From Candidatus Aminicenantes bacterium (GTDB lineage Bacteria > Acidobacteriota > Aminicenantia > Aminicenantales > Aminicenantaceae), in assembly GCA_016783445.1 (NCBI GenBank), contig JADHWO010000003.1:8427-72426 (forward strand): a DNA stretch of 64,000 nt, in the 5' to 3' direction. The position numbers and the translations under genes are program-made. Under the pieces are notes generated by a model, which did no database searches, was not told where the DNA came from, and saw only the letters and a program-made list of their open reading frames with translations. Shown here piece by piece: positions 1 to 8,818 of this stretch; position 1 is the first letter of the stretch, and the number at the start of each line of letters is the position of its first letter.

Positions 1-474
1 AGCTCTGCTCTCTCGATGGGCTTGGCAGTAACTTTTGTTATGACTATTACTGCTGTTGTCTCCTGGGCAATTAACCACTGGATTTTAATCCCCCATAAAC
101 TTGATTACCTTCAGATCGTTTCTTTTATTCTTGTCATTGCATCTCTGGTCCAGTTGGTGGAAATGTTTATCCGGAAAATGAGCCCCCCTCTTTATCAAGC
201 ACTCGGAATTTATCTTCCCCTAATAACGACAAACTGTTCCATCATGTTTTTAGCTCTTCTTGCTGCATTGAGAAATTATAGCCTTGCGGAGGCCGTTGCT
301 TTTGGTGTTGGCTCTGGCCTTGGATTTACTTTAGCAATCATTCTCATGGCCGGGATAAGAGAACAGCTCGACCTTGCAGATGTTCCAGAGCCTTTAAAAG
401 GAGCAGGAATCGCTCTTATTGTTGCTGGGATCATGGCCCTTGCCTTTATGGGGTTTATAGGAATGATAAAATAA
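1..474 (+). CDS. rnfA: Rnf electron-transport complex subunit A, 5'-truncated at the window edge
   Basis: Translation (LGIYLPLITTNCSIMFLALLAAL..., polytopic membrane) aligns to E. coli RsxA/RnfA residues ~40-193. The reading frame is open back to base 1. Confidence 0.8.
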   Translation, partial: SSALSMGLAVTFVMTITAVVSWAINHWILIPHKLDYLQIVSFILVIASLVQLVEMFIRKMSPPLYQALGIYLPLITTNCSIMFLALLAALRNYSLAEAVAFGVGSGLGFTLAIILMAGIREQLDLADVPEPLKGAGIALIVAGIMALAFMGFIGMIK

Positions 475-1283
475 TGGACATTTTATGGCCAGTTTTTACC
501 ATGGGTGCTCTCAGCCTCCTCTTCTCTCTGGGGCTTGTTTTTGCCTACAAAAAACTTAAAGTATATGAAGACCCCAAAATTGAACAAATATCAGAATTCC
601 TGCCTCAAGCAAACTGCGGAGCCTGCGGATATGCAGGATGCAGGGCTTTTGCAGAGGCTGTGGTCAAAGGAGAAGCAGCAACAAGTGGCTGTCCGGTAGG
701 AGGAGAAGAAGTCACCCAGTATATTGCTGATGCTCTTGGCGTTACAGCAGAAAAAGTTATCAAGAAGATCGCCTGGCTCCACTGCCGCGGGACTCATGAA
801 GCGGCAAAAAACAGAGGGTCTTACCTGGGAATATCTACCTGTCACGCCTCTCATTTAATCGGCGGGAACAAACAGTGTTCCTTCGGTTGTTTACATTTTG
901 GAGATTGTGTCAGAGCCTGTCCTTTTGACGCCCTTTATATGGGTGAAGAAGGGCTTCCTGTTGTCAAAGAGGACAAATGCACTGCATGCGGTAAATGTGT
1001 GGATGCTTGCCCGAGAAATCTCTTTGAACTTCATCCGGCCTCCCAGGAAATTATTGTCTTCTGCCAGTCTCAAGATAGAGGCGCTTCTTCAAGGAAGATG
1101 TGCAAGAATGCCTGCATTGCCTGCGGGATCTGTTCGCGGGCCTGCCCAGAAGCCATCGTTATAGAAAATAACCTGGCAAAAATACTGGATTATAAAAAAA
1201 TTGAACCTGACAAAATTCCTGAAATTGAAAAATGCCCGACAAATTCAATAGGTCGCATTCATAAGGACAAAAATGAGGGATAA
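474..1283 (+). CDS. rnfB: Rnf complex subunit B, a polyferredoxin with 4Fe-4S clusters
   Basis: N-terminal TM helix, CGACGYAGC motif and several CxxCxxCxxxCP ferredoxin motifs. Its ATG overlaps the rnfA stop (ATGA). Confidence 0.8.
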   Translation: MDILWPVFTMGALSLLFSLGLVFAYKKLKVYEDPKIEQISEFLPQANCGACGYAGCRAFAEAVVKGEAATSGCPVGGEEVTQYIADALGVTAEKVIKKIAWLHCRGTHEAAKNRGSYLGISTCHASHLIGGNKQCSFGCLHFGDCVRACPFDALYMGEEGLPVVKEDKCTACGKCVDACPRNLFELHPASQEIIVFCQSQDRGASSRKMCKNACIACGICSRACPEAIVIENNLAKILDYKKIEPDKIPEIEKCPTNSIGRIHKDKNEG

Positions 1284-1716
1284 AGGTCTAGTTATTAATA
1301 CAAAAGAAGACCTGGCTCAGGTAGAAGTATTTTGTTTTATAGAGTCTTGCCATAAGTGTTCGGCACGAAGTTTGTGTATAGGACAAGACCAGTCAAAAGG
1401 AATCCTTTCTGTTAAAAATCCTCTTAAAGCAAACCCTGGCGATGAAGTGAATATAGAAATTCCAGATTCAAAATACAATAAAGCTTTAATTCTTCTCTTT
1501 GGTTCCCTTCTTCTTGCATCTCTATTAGGAATGGGAGCCGGGTATTTTCTTTCACCTCTTTTACTTATATCCTCTTCGGCAGGCAGCCTTCTAGGCCTTC
1601 TTTTTGCACTGGCCGCAGCAGTTATTATTCTTTTTCGTTATTTCCAGAAAAATAATAAAAATTATCTTTATCCAGTGATTATAGATATAATCAAAAAAGG
1701 AGATTACCATGGATAG
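1273..1716 (+). CDS. RseC/MucC-family protein (SoxR-reducing-system RseC-like)
   Basis: ~147 aa with N-terminal CxxC...C cysteines and two C-terminal TM helices. It overlaps the rnfB stop by 11 nt. RseC homologues are commonly encoded with rnf/rsx. Confidence 0.5.
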   Translation: MRDKGLVINTKEDLAQVEVFCFIESCHKCSARSLCIGQDQSKGILSVKNPLKANPGDEVNIEIPDSKYNKALILLFGSLLLASLLGMGAGYFLSPLLLISSSAGSLLGLLFALAAAVIILFRYFQKNNKNYLYPVIIDIIKKGDYHG

Positions 1717-2443
1717 ACGTGGTTTTTTTAAAACAATTCTTTCTGCTCCTTTGTTTGCCCCTCTTTTACTGAGTTCTTCATCATCAAAAGGAAACCTGCA
1801 GTTATACATTATTGCAGATTCTCCTCAATTATTCCTTCCCCTCATCCTTCAAGAGCTGCAAAACTATGGATTAGTTAGCGGTTTTACTTTTACTCTCTTA
1901 AACCCTCATCCCGAAGAAAAGGATTTAAAAAGAAGCCTTGTTCAAAAAGGCTGGAGATATATGTCAAAAGAAAACCGGGTTGCTGCCGCTCTTTCTTTTA
2001 ACATTTTACGCAAAAATGCTCCTCCTTCTTTTACGCTTATTAGAAGCGGAAAAATCTGGGACATACGGTCAAAGAGGCTCTATGCTTTATGGAAGGAAAT
2101 GAATAACCGTCATAGTCTATCCACTTGGCTTACCCAAGTCTCTTTTAAAGGTGTGCAGGAAAAGATTTGCCTTGGAAATTCTGTTTTTATTTACATGGAT
2201 GGACAAAAAATTGAGAATGTTACCTTAAAGAAAAACTCTTTTAGATCGTTCAGGACAAAAAGAGGCAATATCTCTATTGTTGTGGAAAACGGGAAAGCCA
2301 GGGTTTCTGAATCTTCCTGCTGCCACAGAATATGTCTTCTTTCTCCTCCTGTTTCTTCTGCCGGAGAGCGAATTATCTGCGCTCCGAACCATTTCCTTCT
2401 TGAAGTCTCTGGTTCTCATTCTATAGACACGTCAATTGGCTAA
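1709..2443 (+). CDS. Hypothetical exported protein with a twin-arginine-like signal (MDRRGFFKTIL...) and a C-terminal cysteine cluster (SSCCHRIC...IICAPNH)
   Basis: Overlaps the rseC-like stop by 8 nt, so it is translationally coupled to the rnf operon. RRxFxK Tat-like motif followed by a hydrophobic stretch. No family recognised. Confidence 0.4.
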   Translation: MDRRGFFKTILSAPLFAPLLLSSSSSKGNLQLYIIADSPQLFLPLILQELQNYGLVSGFTFTLLNPHPEEKDLKRSLVQKGWRYMSKENRVAAALSFNILRKNAPPSFTLIRSGKIWDIRSKRLYALWKEMNNRHSLSTWLTQVSFKGVQEKICLGNSVFIYMDGQKIENVTLKKNSFRSFRTKRGNISIVVENGKARVSESSCCHRICLLSPPVSSAGERIICAPNHFLLEVSGSHSIDTSIG

Positions 2444-2491
2444 CTTGGATTATTCAGGTAAATCAGGATTTTAACTAGGCGAGAATTACTT

Positions 2492-3592
2492 TTATAATTT
2501 CATGGGCATTAGCACATAAATGTACTTAATCTCTTCCTCAACATCTGGTCTCATCAGAATAGAGCTGTTATTATCCTTCATTTCTATGGAAATGTTTTCT
2601 GACTTTATCGTAGAAAAGAAATCAAGAAGATACTGAGAATTAAATCCTATTTCCAAATCTTCCCCTTCATAGTTTATATCAACTTTATCTCGAGCTTCTC
2701 CTATCTCCGGATTTGAGGAAAATAGTTCCATTTCTTTCTTTTTAATAAAAAACTTGATTCCTCTTGACCTTTCTGTGGAAAAAAGTGAAACCCTTCTGAC
2801 TGCATCTGTAATTTCTTCTCTGGATATGGAGAGAATGTGTTGGTTATCTTTGGGGATAACTGCTTCATAATTTGGGAATTTTCCTTCGATGATTCTTGAT
2901 ATCAATGTTCTGTTTTTTACTTTAAAAAATAGATTGTTTTCATCTAAATCGAATTCTATAGAATCATCCTCAAATTTTCTCAATTCACTCAGTGTTTTTT
3001 TTGCTACAATAACTCTTATTTCCTTTTCGAGTTTCATGTTTTCTACGGAGCTTGAAGTATAAGCTAATCTGTGGCCATCTGTACTTACCAATTCCATTGA
3101 ATTATCTTTTAGTAAAAGTAGAGCTCCACTTAAATAATATCTTTGTTCTTGAGTTATGGAATAATAGACTCTATCAATCATTTCTTTAAATTTATCTAAA
3201 GGAAAAATAAGGTTTTTTTCGAATTTTGGCTCAGGAACCTGAGGATAGTCTTCTTTTGGCAGGCATAGTACTTTAAATTCACTCTTTCCTGAAGTTATTT
3301 CCATCATAAGATCATCGCCTTCATTAAAGGTAACCATTTTCCCCGCGGGAAGTGATTTGACAATTTCAAAAACTTTTTTCCCGGAAATTGTTATAGAGCC
3401 TTCTTTTTCAATCTGAGCTGTAAAATGAGTTTTTAGACCAACTTCAAGGTCAGTGCCTATAAGTTCTATCTCTTTTTCTGAAGCTGTCACTAATATATTA
3501 GCAAGAATAGGCATTGTATTTCTTTTTTCTACAATTCCCTGAAGAAGCTGAAGTTCACTGAAAATATCTTCCTTTTTAATTGAGAATTTCAT
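2492..3592 (-). CDS. dnaN: DNA polymerase III beta sliding clamp
   Basis: 366 aa, MKFSIKKEDIF...ILANILV... matching the three-domain beta-clamp pattern. Lies downstream of dnaA. Confidence 0.9.
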   Translation of the reverse strand: MKFSIKKEDIFSELQLLQGIVEKRNTMPILANILVTASEKEIELIGTDLEVGLKTHFTAQIEKEGSITISGKKVFEIVKSLPAGKMVTFNEGDDLMMEITSGKSEFKVLCLPKEDYPQVPEPKFEKNLIFPLDKFKEMIDRVYYSITQEQRYYLSGALLLLKDNSMELVSTDGHRLAYTSSSVENMKLEKEIRVIVAKKTLSELRKFEDDSIEFDLDENNLFFKVKNRTLISRIIEGKFPNYEAVIPKDNQHILSISREEITDAVRRVSLFSTERSRGIKFFIKKKEMELFSSNPEIGEARDKVDINYEGEDLEIGFNSQYLLDFFSTIKSENISIEMKDNNSSILMRPDVEEEIKYIYVLMPMKL

Positions 3593-3709
3593 TTTTCCAC
3601 CTTTTCATAAGATATATTATTTATAATTAAATATAGATTTAGATTAAATAATAAATACAATAAAAGCAAATAAAAAGTGAATAAACTATATAAAGCGTTG
3701 ATTCTTCTA
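3593..3709. promoter_or_regulatory. Very AT-rich dnaA-dnaN intergenic region, a possible DNA-unwinding element or dnaN promoter
   Basis: 117 nt at >85% AT between the dnaA stop and the dnaN start. Only one weak DnaA-box-like 9-mer (tttattcac, reverse strand, 3677-3685). Confidence 0.3.
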
Positions 3710-5038
3710 TCAAATATAGTTAATAAGATTGTTTATTTCTCTGTTGAATTCTGGGTCTTCGTTGTGCATTTTTTCTATTTTCCTTACACTATGGATGACT
3801 GTGGTGTGATGTTTTCCACCAAATTTCTTTCCAATTTCAGGAAGGGAGGTTTTTGTTAAAGTTTTTGCTAGATACATAGCAATTTGGCGAGGAAAGGCGA
3901 CCTTTGGAGAGTTATTTTTAGATTTAAGCTGGGCAAGATTTATCTTAAATTCATGGCAGACGACCTTTTGAATCTTTTCAACAGTAACAATACTTAAAGA
4001 AGAATCCAATAAGCTTTTTAATGCTTCCTTTGTAATGTCCAAATCAATTTTTTCACCTTTTAAAGATGCGTAAGCGACAACACGGCGCAAATACCCTTCT
4101 AAAACTCTTATATTAGAATGAACCTTATCTGCAATAAAGAGAGCTACACTATCTGGGAGAACCACTCCCTCTAATTCTGATTTTTTCTTAAGGATGGCAA
4201 TTCTAGTCTCGATATCAGGGGGTTTAAGGTCAGCGATTAATCCCCATTCAAAACGAGAGCGAAACCTCTCTTCAAGATTTGGAATTTCTTTAGGAGCACA
4301 ATCGCTTGAAATTACAATTTGTTTCTGGCCGTCGTATAGATGATTAAAAGTGTGAAAAAATTCTTCTTTTGTTCTTTCTTTTCCAGAGAGATAATGAATA
4401 TCGTCCATTAAAAGCACATCAACACTTCTGTATTTCTGGCGGAAATCTAGTACTTTGCCATACTGGAGATGATTAATAAGATCATTCATGAATTTTTCTG
4501 TTGTGATGTATAATATTTTAAAGCGGCGGTTATTATTAAGAGTTAAATGTCCTATGGCATTCATCAAATGTGTTTTTCCTAAACCAGCACCTCCGTATAT
4601 ATATAGCGGGTTGTATGATTTAGCTGGATTCTGGGTTACTGCTGAGGCAGCTGCATGAGCGAATTGATTGCAGGATCCAACTACGAAGTTTTCAAATGTA
4701 TAATTTGGATTTAAGTTTGGACTTAGCAGTGTGCCGTGCTTCTTTTTTCTCTCTCGAGGAGAACGCCTCATAAAAGAAGTGGAGTCTTCGTCAAAGATAA
4801 AGTTAACATCTAAAACTTTGCCAAAAAGTTCCTGGGAATATTTACTAATAAGGCTTGAATAATGAAAAGAAACCCAGTCCTTGAAGTATGAATTTGGTAC
4901 TTTTATATAAAGAGAACCAGATTCCTGTCCAATGTAGGAGGTTGGCTCAAACCAGGTTTCATAACTGTTTTTATCTATGTTTTTTTTCAAGGCTTCCATT
5001 ATTTGAAGCCAGGGATTAAGTTTATCTTCAGGTGCCAT
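3710..5038 (-). CDS. dnaA: Chromosomal replication initiator protein DnaA
   Basis: 442 aa. AAA+ Walker A GGAGLGKTHL, a DnaA signature and a C-terminal helix-turn-helix box-binding domain. Confidence 0.95.
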   Translation of the reverse strand: MAPEDKLNPWLQIMEALKKNIDKNSYETWFEPTSYIGQESGSLYIKVPNSYFKDWVSFHYSSLISKYSQELFGKVLDVNFIFDEDSTSFMRRSPRERKKKHGTLLSPNLNPNYTFENFVVGSCNQFAHAAASAVTQNPAKSYNPLYIYGGAGLGKTHLMNAIGHLTLNNNRRFKILYITTEKFMNDLINHLQYGKVLDFRQKYRSVDVLLMDDIHYLSGKERTKEEFFHTFNHLYDGQKQIVISSDCAPKEIPNLEERFRSRFEWGLIADLKPPDIETRIAILKKKSELEGVVLPDSVALFIADKVHSNIRVLEGYLRRVVAYASLKGEKIDLDITKEALKSLLDSSLSIVTVEKIQKVVCHEFKINLAQLKSKNNSPKVAFPRQIAMYLAKTLTKTSLPEIGKKFGGKHHTTVIHSVRKIEKMHNEDPEFNREINNLINYI

Positions 5039-5051
5039 TTAAGCGTTTTAG

Positions 5052-5083
5052 ATTTCCACAGATTTATCCACACATGTGGAAAA
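5052..5083. promoter_or_regulatory. DnaA-box cluster immediately upstream of dnaA (dnaA promoter/autoregulation and oriC candidate)
   Basis: Perfect TTATCCACA at 5064-5072. Inverted 8/9 box TGTGGAAAA at 5075-5083. 7/9 box atttccaca at 5052-5060. An AT-rich stretch follows at 5120-5170. Confidence 0.6.
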
Positions 5084-5170
5084 TGCATCCTTCTGGATGA
5101 TTTACGAATGGAAAAGCTTTGGTATAATAGCACTCATGCAGCTGGAGTTCAAGCAGTTTGTTTTAAATAT

Positions 5171-8134
5171 TTAGAAATCAAAGCCAATCCAGAATCTTGT
5201 CTTAAAATTACCGTATGGCTCGACATCAAATAGTTTTTTTAGGTCTCCAAGACTATTAATAACAAGGTCTGGCCACTCGATCCTTTTTGAAAATTCAAGA
5301 TGGACAGGAAGACCTAGGAAGAAAAATTGCAAACCGTAACCATAAGACCCAATAGCGTCAGAGAAACGATATAAAGGGAATCCATAGATATTATATCCAA
5401 TAGCCGAGGCGAATCCAGCGGAGTAGTCGAGGAGCTTGACCCGTGCCATATCAAAGAAAAAGGTCCCTCGGACCGGGCCTATCTGGCCGAGGATCGTGTT
5501 GGCTGCATTTACCAGGGGGAACCTGAATTCGAAGTTGGTATACCACCCTTCACTGCAAATAACACTGTAATAATTTGTAGAGCGGATCTGGTTGTTTCCT
5601 CCCAGATAAAAAACAAAGCGATTTTTTCCCCGGCTGGCAAATCCGTTAAAGCGGAACGCAAAGAGAGAATCTCCACCGATATGAAGGTATTGACGAAGGT
5701 CTGCTTCAACTGTTGTGTTCTGAATAAAATTTTCCGAAACAGGGAGCCCGTAAGAAAGAGAAAGCTTGAATGTGTTTCCGGATATAGGCCCAAAAGGATA
5801 TCTGAAGCGAGTTGTTTCCCCTACAAGGGCAAAACCTGCTGAAAGGAGGTTTCCGTTCAAGAAACCGCTGTAACTGCTGGGGCCTGAATAAAGATAGTCC
5901 TCTTCGTAATTATAAAAACCAAAAGTTGCTTCAGTACGGTAGTACCTGTTAAAAGGATAATAAGCCAAAAAGTTTACTCCTGTGATTTTTCGCGTGGCCA
6001 TGGCATCAGAGTAACGGGCAAACTCATAGTATAAAGGATCATAATAAGCAGAGCTGTAATAATAGAATGTATATTGAAAAGCACTCGCCATGTACTGGAG
6101 CCTGCTTTTTTGATTCATAAAAGCAAATTGGTATGACCGAAAACTTCTTACTTGATAAGCCATGAAGTAGAGGGAGTAGTCGTCCAGGATATCAGAAAAA
6201 CTGAGGGCAGAGCCACCGTAAATAGAGCCGTCAGTGGAAACAAGAGCATCAATAGGAGGCCTTGCCATGAGATACAATTTGCCTATGCCCTCATGAGATT
6301 GAATTTTATCTTTATTTATGTCCAGCGAAATAACAGGCTCGAACTTCTTGAATTCCTCGTCTTGTGACCTTTCAGCAAAAGTAATGGTTTTTTCTACTTC
6401 CCCTTCGAACTCGCTTTTAAAAATCTGAAGGGCTCCCTTATTGAACGCAGAGAAGAGGACCTTTTTAGGCTCGTTGGGAAGGGGGGTAGGGAAAAAATTA
6501 CCGGTTCTTACATCTGTGTAGCGCTTGAGTTCTCCGTTTTCCAGGTTCAGAGAGTAGAGATTAAATGCATTCCGCATGTCTCCGGAGAAATATAATTCTT
6601 TAGAATCATGAGAAAAGTACGGGGCTATTGTGTTCCCTCTCCCGAAGGTCAGCTGTGTTTTTTCCCTTAAGTTGTCTATTGGGGAAAGAAAAAGCTTATC
6701 GTAAGCATCGAGCCGGATTGTATAGGCTAACTGTTTTCCATCATGTGAGACGGTAGGCGCTTTCTCGAAGAGCTCGTCCTCAGTCAAATTCAAAAAATTT
6801 TCGGTAGAAAGATTGACCTTGAAAATATCGTGGGTCCCCCCATGAAAAGCCGTAAAGATCAGTTCTTTTTCTCCAGGGACAAAGCACGGGGAAGAAGGAT
6901 GATCAAAAGGAATAAAGATTCTTCTCAGGATTTTTCCGGTTATGGGGCTAAGGATAAAAAGGGCATATTTTTGACCGGACCGGGCAAAGAAGGCTATGCT
7001 GTCTCCATCAGGGGACCAGGCAATATTCTTTCCTTTAGAAGGGTCAATATCGAATCGGATGTATTCATACTTAAGAGTATAACCTTTTGTTATGTTTTTA
7101 ATTACAGAGCCGTCTTTTGTTGAGATAAGTATAATATCGATATCATAGTCTTTAACACTTTGGGTCAGGACAGCAACAATATCTCCTGAAGGAGAAACGG
7201 CATGGGCGAGGGAAAAGTAATAGGGATTAAGGGGGAATTCGGGGCCAAGGGCAATGCTGTAGTCTTCTGGATTTTCTCTCGATACAAAGTCTTTGAATCG
7301 AGTGCGGAGATATTTTTTAAATTCATGATTGAACTCTTTGTATGTCATATTGAAAGCTCTTTGTGTAGGACTTCTCCTTCCTACAAGCGGAGAGCGTTTC
7401 ATGGAGTGCCAGAACTCCCTTATCCCCGTTTTTCCCATCTTGGACTCGATAAATTCAAACATAGCATGCCCAAAGTCATAAGCGGGCTGGCGGGGCATAG
7501 GATAGCGGGAATAAAGATTGCCTGATTTAGAGAGTTCAGGTACTCGGTCGTTGAGGACAGCGTCTCTGACAATCAGAGATGACCAGGAAGTCCAGGTTTC
7601 GGTATTATACTCGGCATAGCCTTCCATTATCCAAAGAGGAGGCGCACTTATTGCATAAAGGCCTCCACCCGGACTTCCCCAGAGAAGGTCGAATTCGAAT
7701 ACATGAGTTAATTCATGCTCGATTAGATCTTGCATTTGGTCCAGGCTCATGTCTCCGTGAATGGCGATACGGTGGAGCACAGGTTCTGCAACACCCATTA
7801 CTCCTTCACTGATCTGAAAAAGATTTGTCTGCTCGAAATCTGTGAGTGTTTTATAAAAAATAAGGGGAACCGGATCAGAGAGCGGATGTTTAAGCTCCTC
7901 GCTTATTTTTTGATACGCGCTTTCAGCCATTTCAGCGACGTTTTTTAAAATCCGCATATCTCCAACGTAGTAGTATATGTCGAAGTGGTTAGTCTTGTAG
8001 TTTTCCCAGTCGAACTTTTCATAAAGGACTTTATTTTTTCCGTAGTAGGGAAAATACATGGATTGGGCAAAACTCAGAGGGACCCAAAGTACAAGGAAAA
8101 TAAATAAAGTGATATATTTTATATAATGTTTCAT
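5171..8134 (-). CDS. Secreted 987-aa multidomain protein with an N-terminal HExxH gluzincin-like peptidase domain, central TolB/PD40-like beta-propeller repeats and a C-terminal aromatic-rich Omp85-like beta-barrel ending in F
   Basis: Signal peptide MKHYIKYITLFIFLVLWVPLSFAQS. HELTHVFEF...EGYAEY zinc-binding motif. Repeated SPDGDSIAF/SHDGKQLAY/SHDSKELYF propeller blades. C-terminal ...FKTRFWIGFDF outer-membrane signature. Confidence 0.6.
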   Translation of the reverse strand: MKHYIKYITLFIFLVLWVPLSFAQSMYFPYYGKNKVLYEKFDWENYKTNHFDIYYYVGDMRILKNVAEMAESAYQKISEELKHPLSDPVPLIFYKTLTDFEQTNLFQISEGVMGVAEPVLHRIAIHGDMSLDQMQDLIEHELTHVFEFDLLWGSPGGGLYAISAPPLWIMEGYAEYNTETWTSWSSLIVRDAVLNDRVPELSKSGNLYSRYPMPRQPAYDFGHAMFEFIESKMGKTGIREFWHSMKRSPLVGRRSPTQRAFNMTYKEFNHEFKKYLRTRFKDFVSRENPEDYSIALGPEFPLNPYYFSLAHAVSPSGDIVAVLTQSVKDYDIDIILISTKDGSVIKNITKGYTLKYEYIRFDIDPSKGKNIAWSPDGDSIAFFARSGQKYALFILSPITGKILRRIFIPFDHPSSPCFVPGEKELIFTAFHGGTHDIFKVNLSTENFLNLTEDELFEKAPTVSHDGKQLAYTIRLDAYDKLFLSPIDNLREKTQLTFGRGNTIAPYFSHDSKELYFSGDMRNAFNLYSLNLENGELKRYTDVRTGNFFPTPLPNEPKKVLFSAFNKGALQIFKSEFEGEVEKTITFAERSQDEEFKKFEPVISLDINKDKIQSHEGIGKLYLMARPPIDALVSTDGSIYGGSALSFSDILDDYSLYFMAYQVRSFRSYQFAFMNQKSRLQYMASAFQYTFYYYSSAYYDPLYYEFARYSDAMATRKITGVNFLAYYPFNRYYRTEATFGFYNYEEDYLYSGPSSYSGFLNGNLLSAGFALVGETTRFRYPFGPISGNTFKLSLSYGLPVSENFIQNTTVEADLRQYLHIGGDSLFAFRFNGFASRGKNRFVFYLGGNNQIRSTNYYSVICSEGWYTNFEFRFPLVNAANTILGQIGPVRGTFFFDMARVKLLDYSAGFASAIGYNIYGFPLYRFSDAIGSYGYGLQFFFLGLPVHLEFSKRIEWPDLVINSLGDLKKLFDVEPYGNFKTRFWIGFDF

Positions 8135-8149
8135 TGTGGATCTCCTTTA

Positions 8150-8818
8150 TTAATGAGTGATAAGGTATCTATCCTGGATTTTTTTTCCTCTAAGAATGAT
8201 GCTGAAAAACTTTTCTTTTACTCTCTGGATAAGCTCAAAAAAAGCAAAGTAGGCCGTCTGGTTTGGATTTTTATAGCCCTTTGATTCTTTGAAGCTTCTC
8301 TTATACAGCGTATCTCCTGTTTTGGCGTCAATAAGGTAGAGGTCAAGGTTAAGAGTGTAAAATCTTCGCTCTTCAAAAGTTTTTCCCTTAGCGAATGGGT
8401 CTTCAGAATATTCTTTCTTTGTTTCTAAAATAGCTTTTCGGATTTCTTCAGAATATTGAGCACTGCCGGTGAGAAGAACAGCTCCTTTTAAATCAGGAAA
8501 CAGCTTTTTCCAGAATTCTTTATTGTTAAAAAGCTCTTCTTTTTCCAGGGAGATTTTTTTTGACAGAGTTTTTCCCTTGAGTACAATCTCGATCTCAGAA
8601 GTAAAATATTTGACAAGCTCCTGGTTGAGGTCAAATTTTTTTGTTTTCTCTTTTATAAAGAAATTGGTAATTACAATTTTGTTAAATTGATCTATTTCAA
8701 GAGCTGTTTTTTCAGGAATTGCTATTTTTATTTTTAAGTAGCTGCTGGTGGAACAGGAAATAAAGTACAGAGATGAAAGCAGCAGTACAAATATAGTTTT
8801 ATTTATCTTTTTTTTCAT
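8150..8818 (-). CDS. Hypothetical lipoprotein (start uncertain: 8818, 8833 or 8854)
   Basis: Signal peptide plus lipobox-like FISCSTSS. K/E-rich soluble domain. Same strand as, and immediately upstream of, the large peptidase-barrel gene. Confidence 0.45.
   Translation of the reverse strand: MKKKINKTIFVLLLSSLYFISCSTSSYLKIKIAIPEKTALEIDQFNKIVITNFFIKEKTKKFDLNQELVKYFTSEIEIVLKGKTLSKKISLEKEELFNNKEFWKKLFPDLKGAVLLTGSAQYSEEIRKAILETKKEYSEDPFAKGKTFEERRFYTLNLDLYLIDAKTGDTLYKRSFKESKGYKNPNQTAYFAFFELIQRVKEKFFSIILRGKKIQDRYLITH

Noticed and set aside
591-1164. Several 60-90 aa ORFs on both strands inside rnfB
   Set aside because: They are embedded in and out of frame with the well-supported ferredoxin-motif ORF, so they are alternative-frame noise.
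5003-5233. 76-aa plus-strand ORF spanning the dnaA upstream region
   Set aside because: It lies across the DnaA-box cluster and the 3' end of the large minus-strand gene. No SD, and it covers a non-coding AT-rich region.
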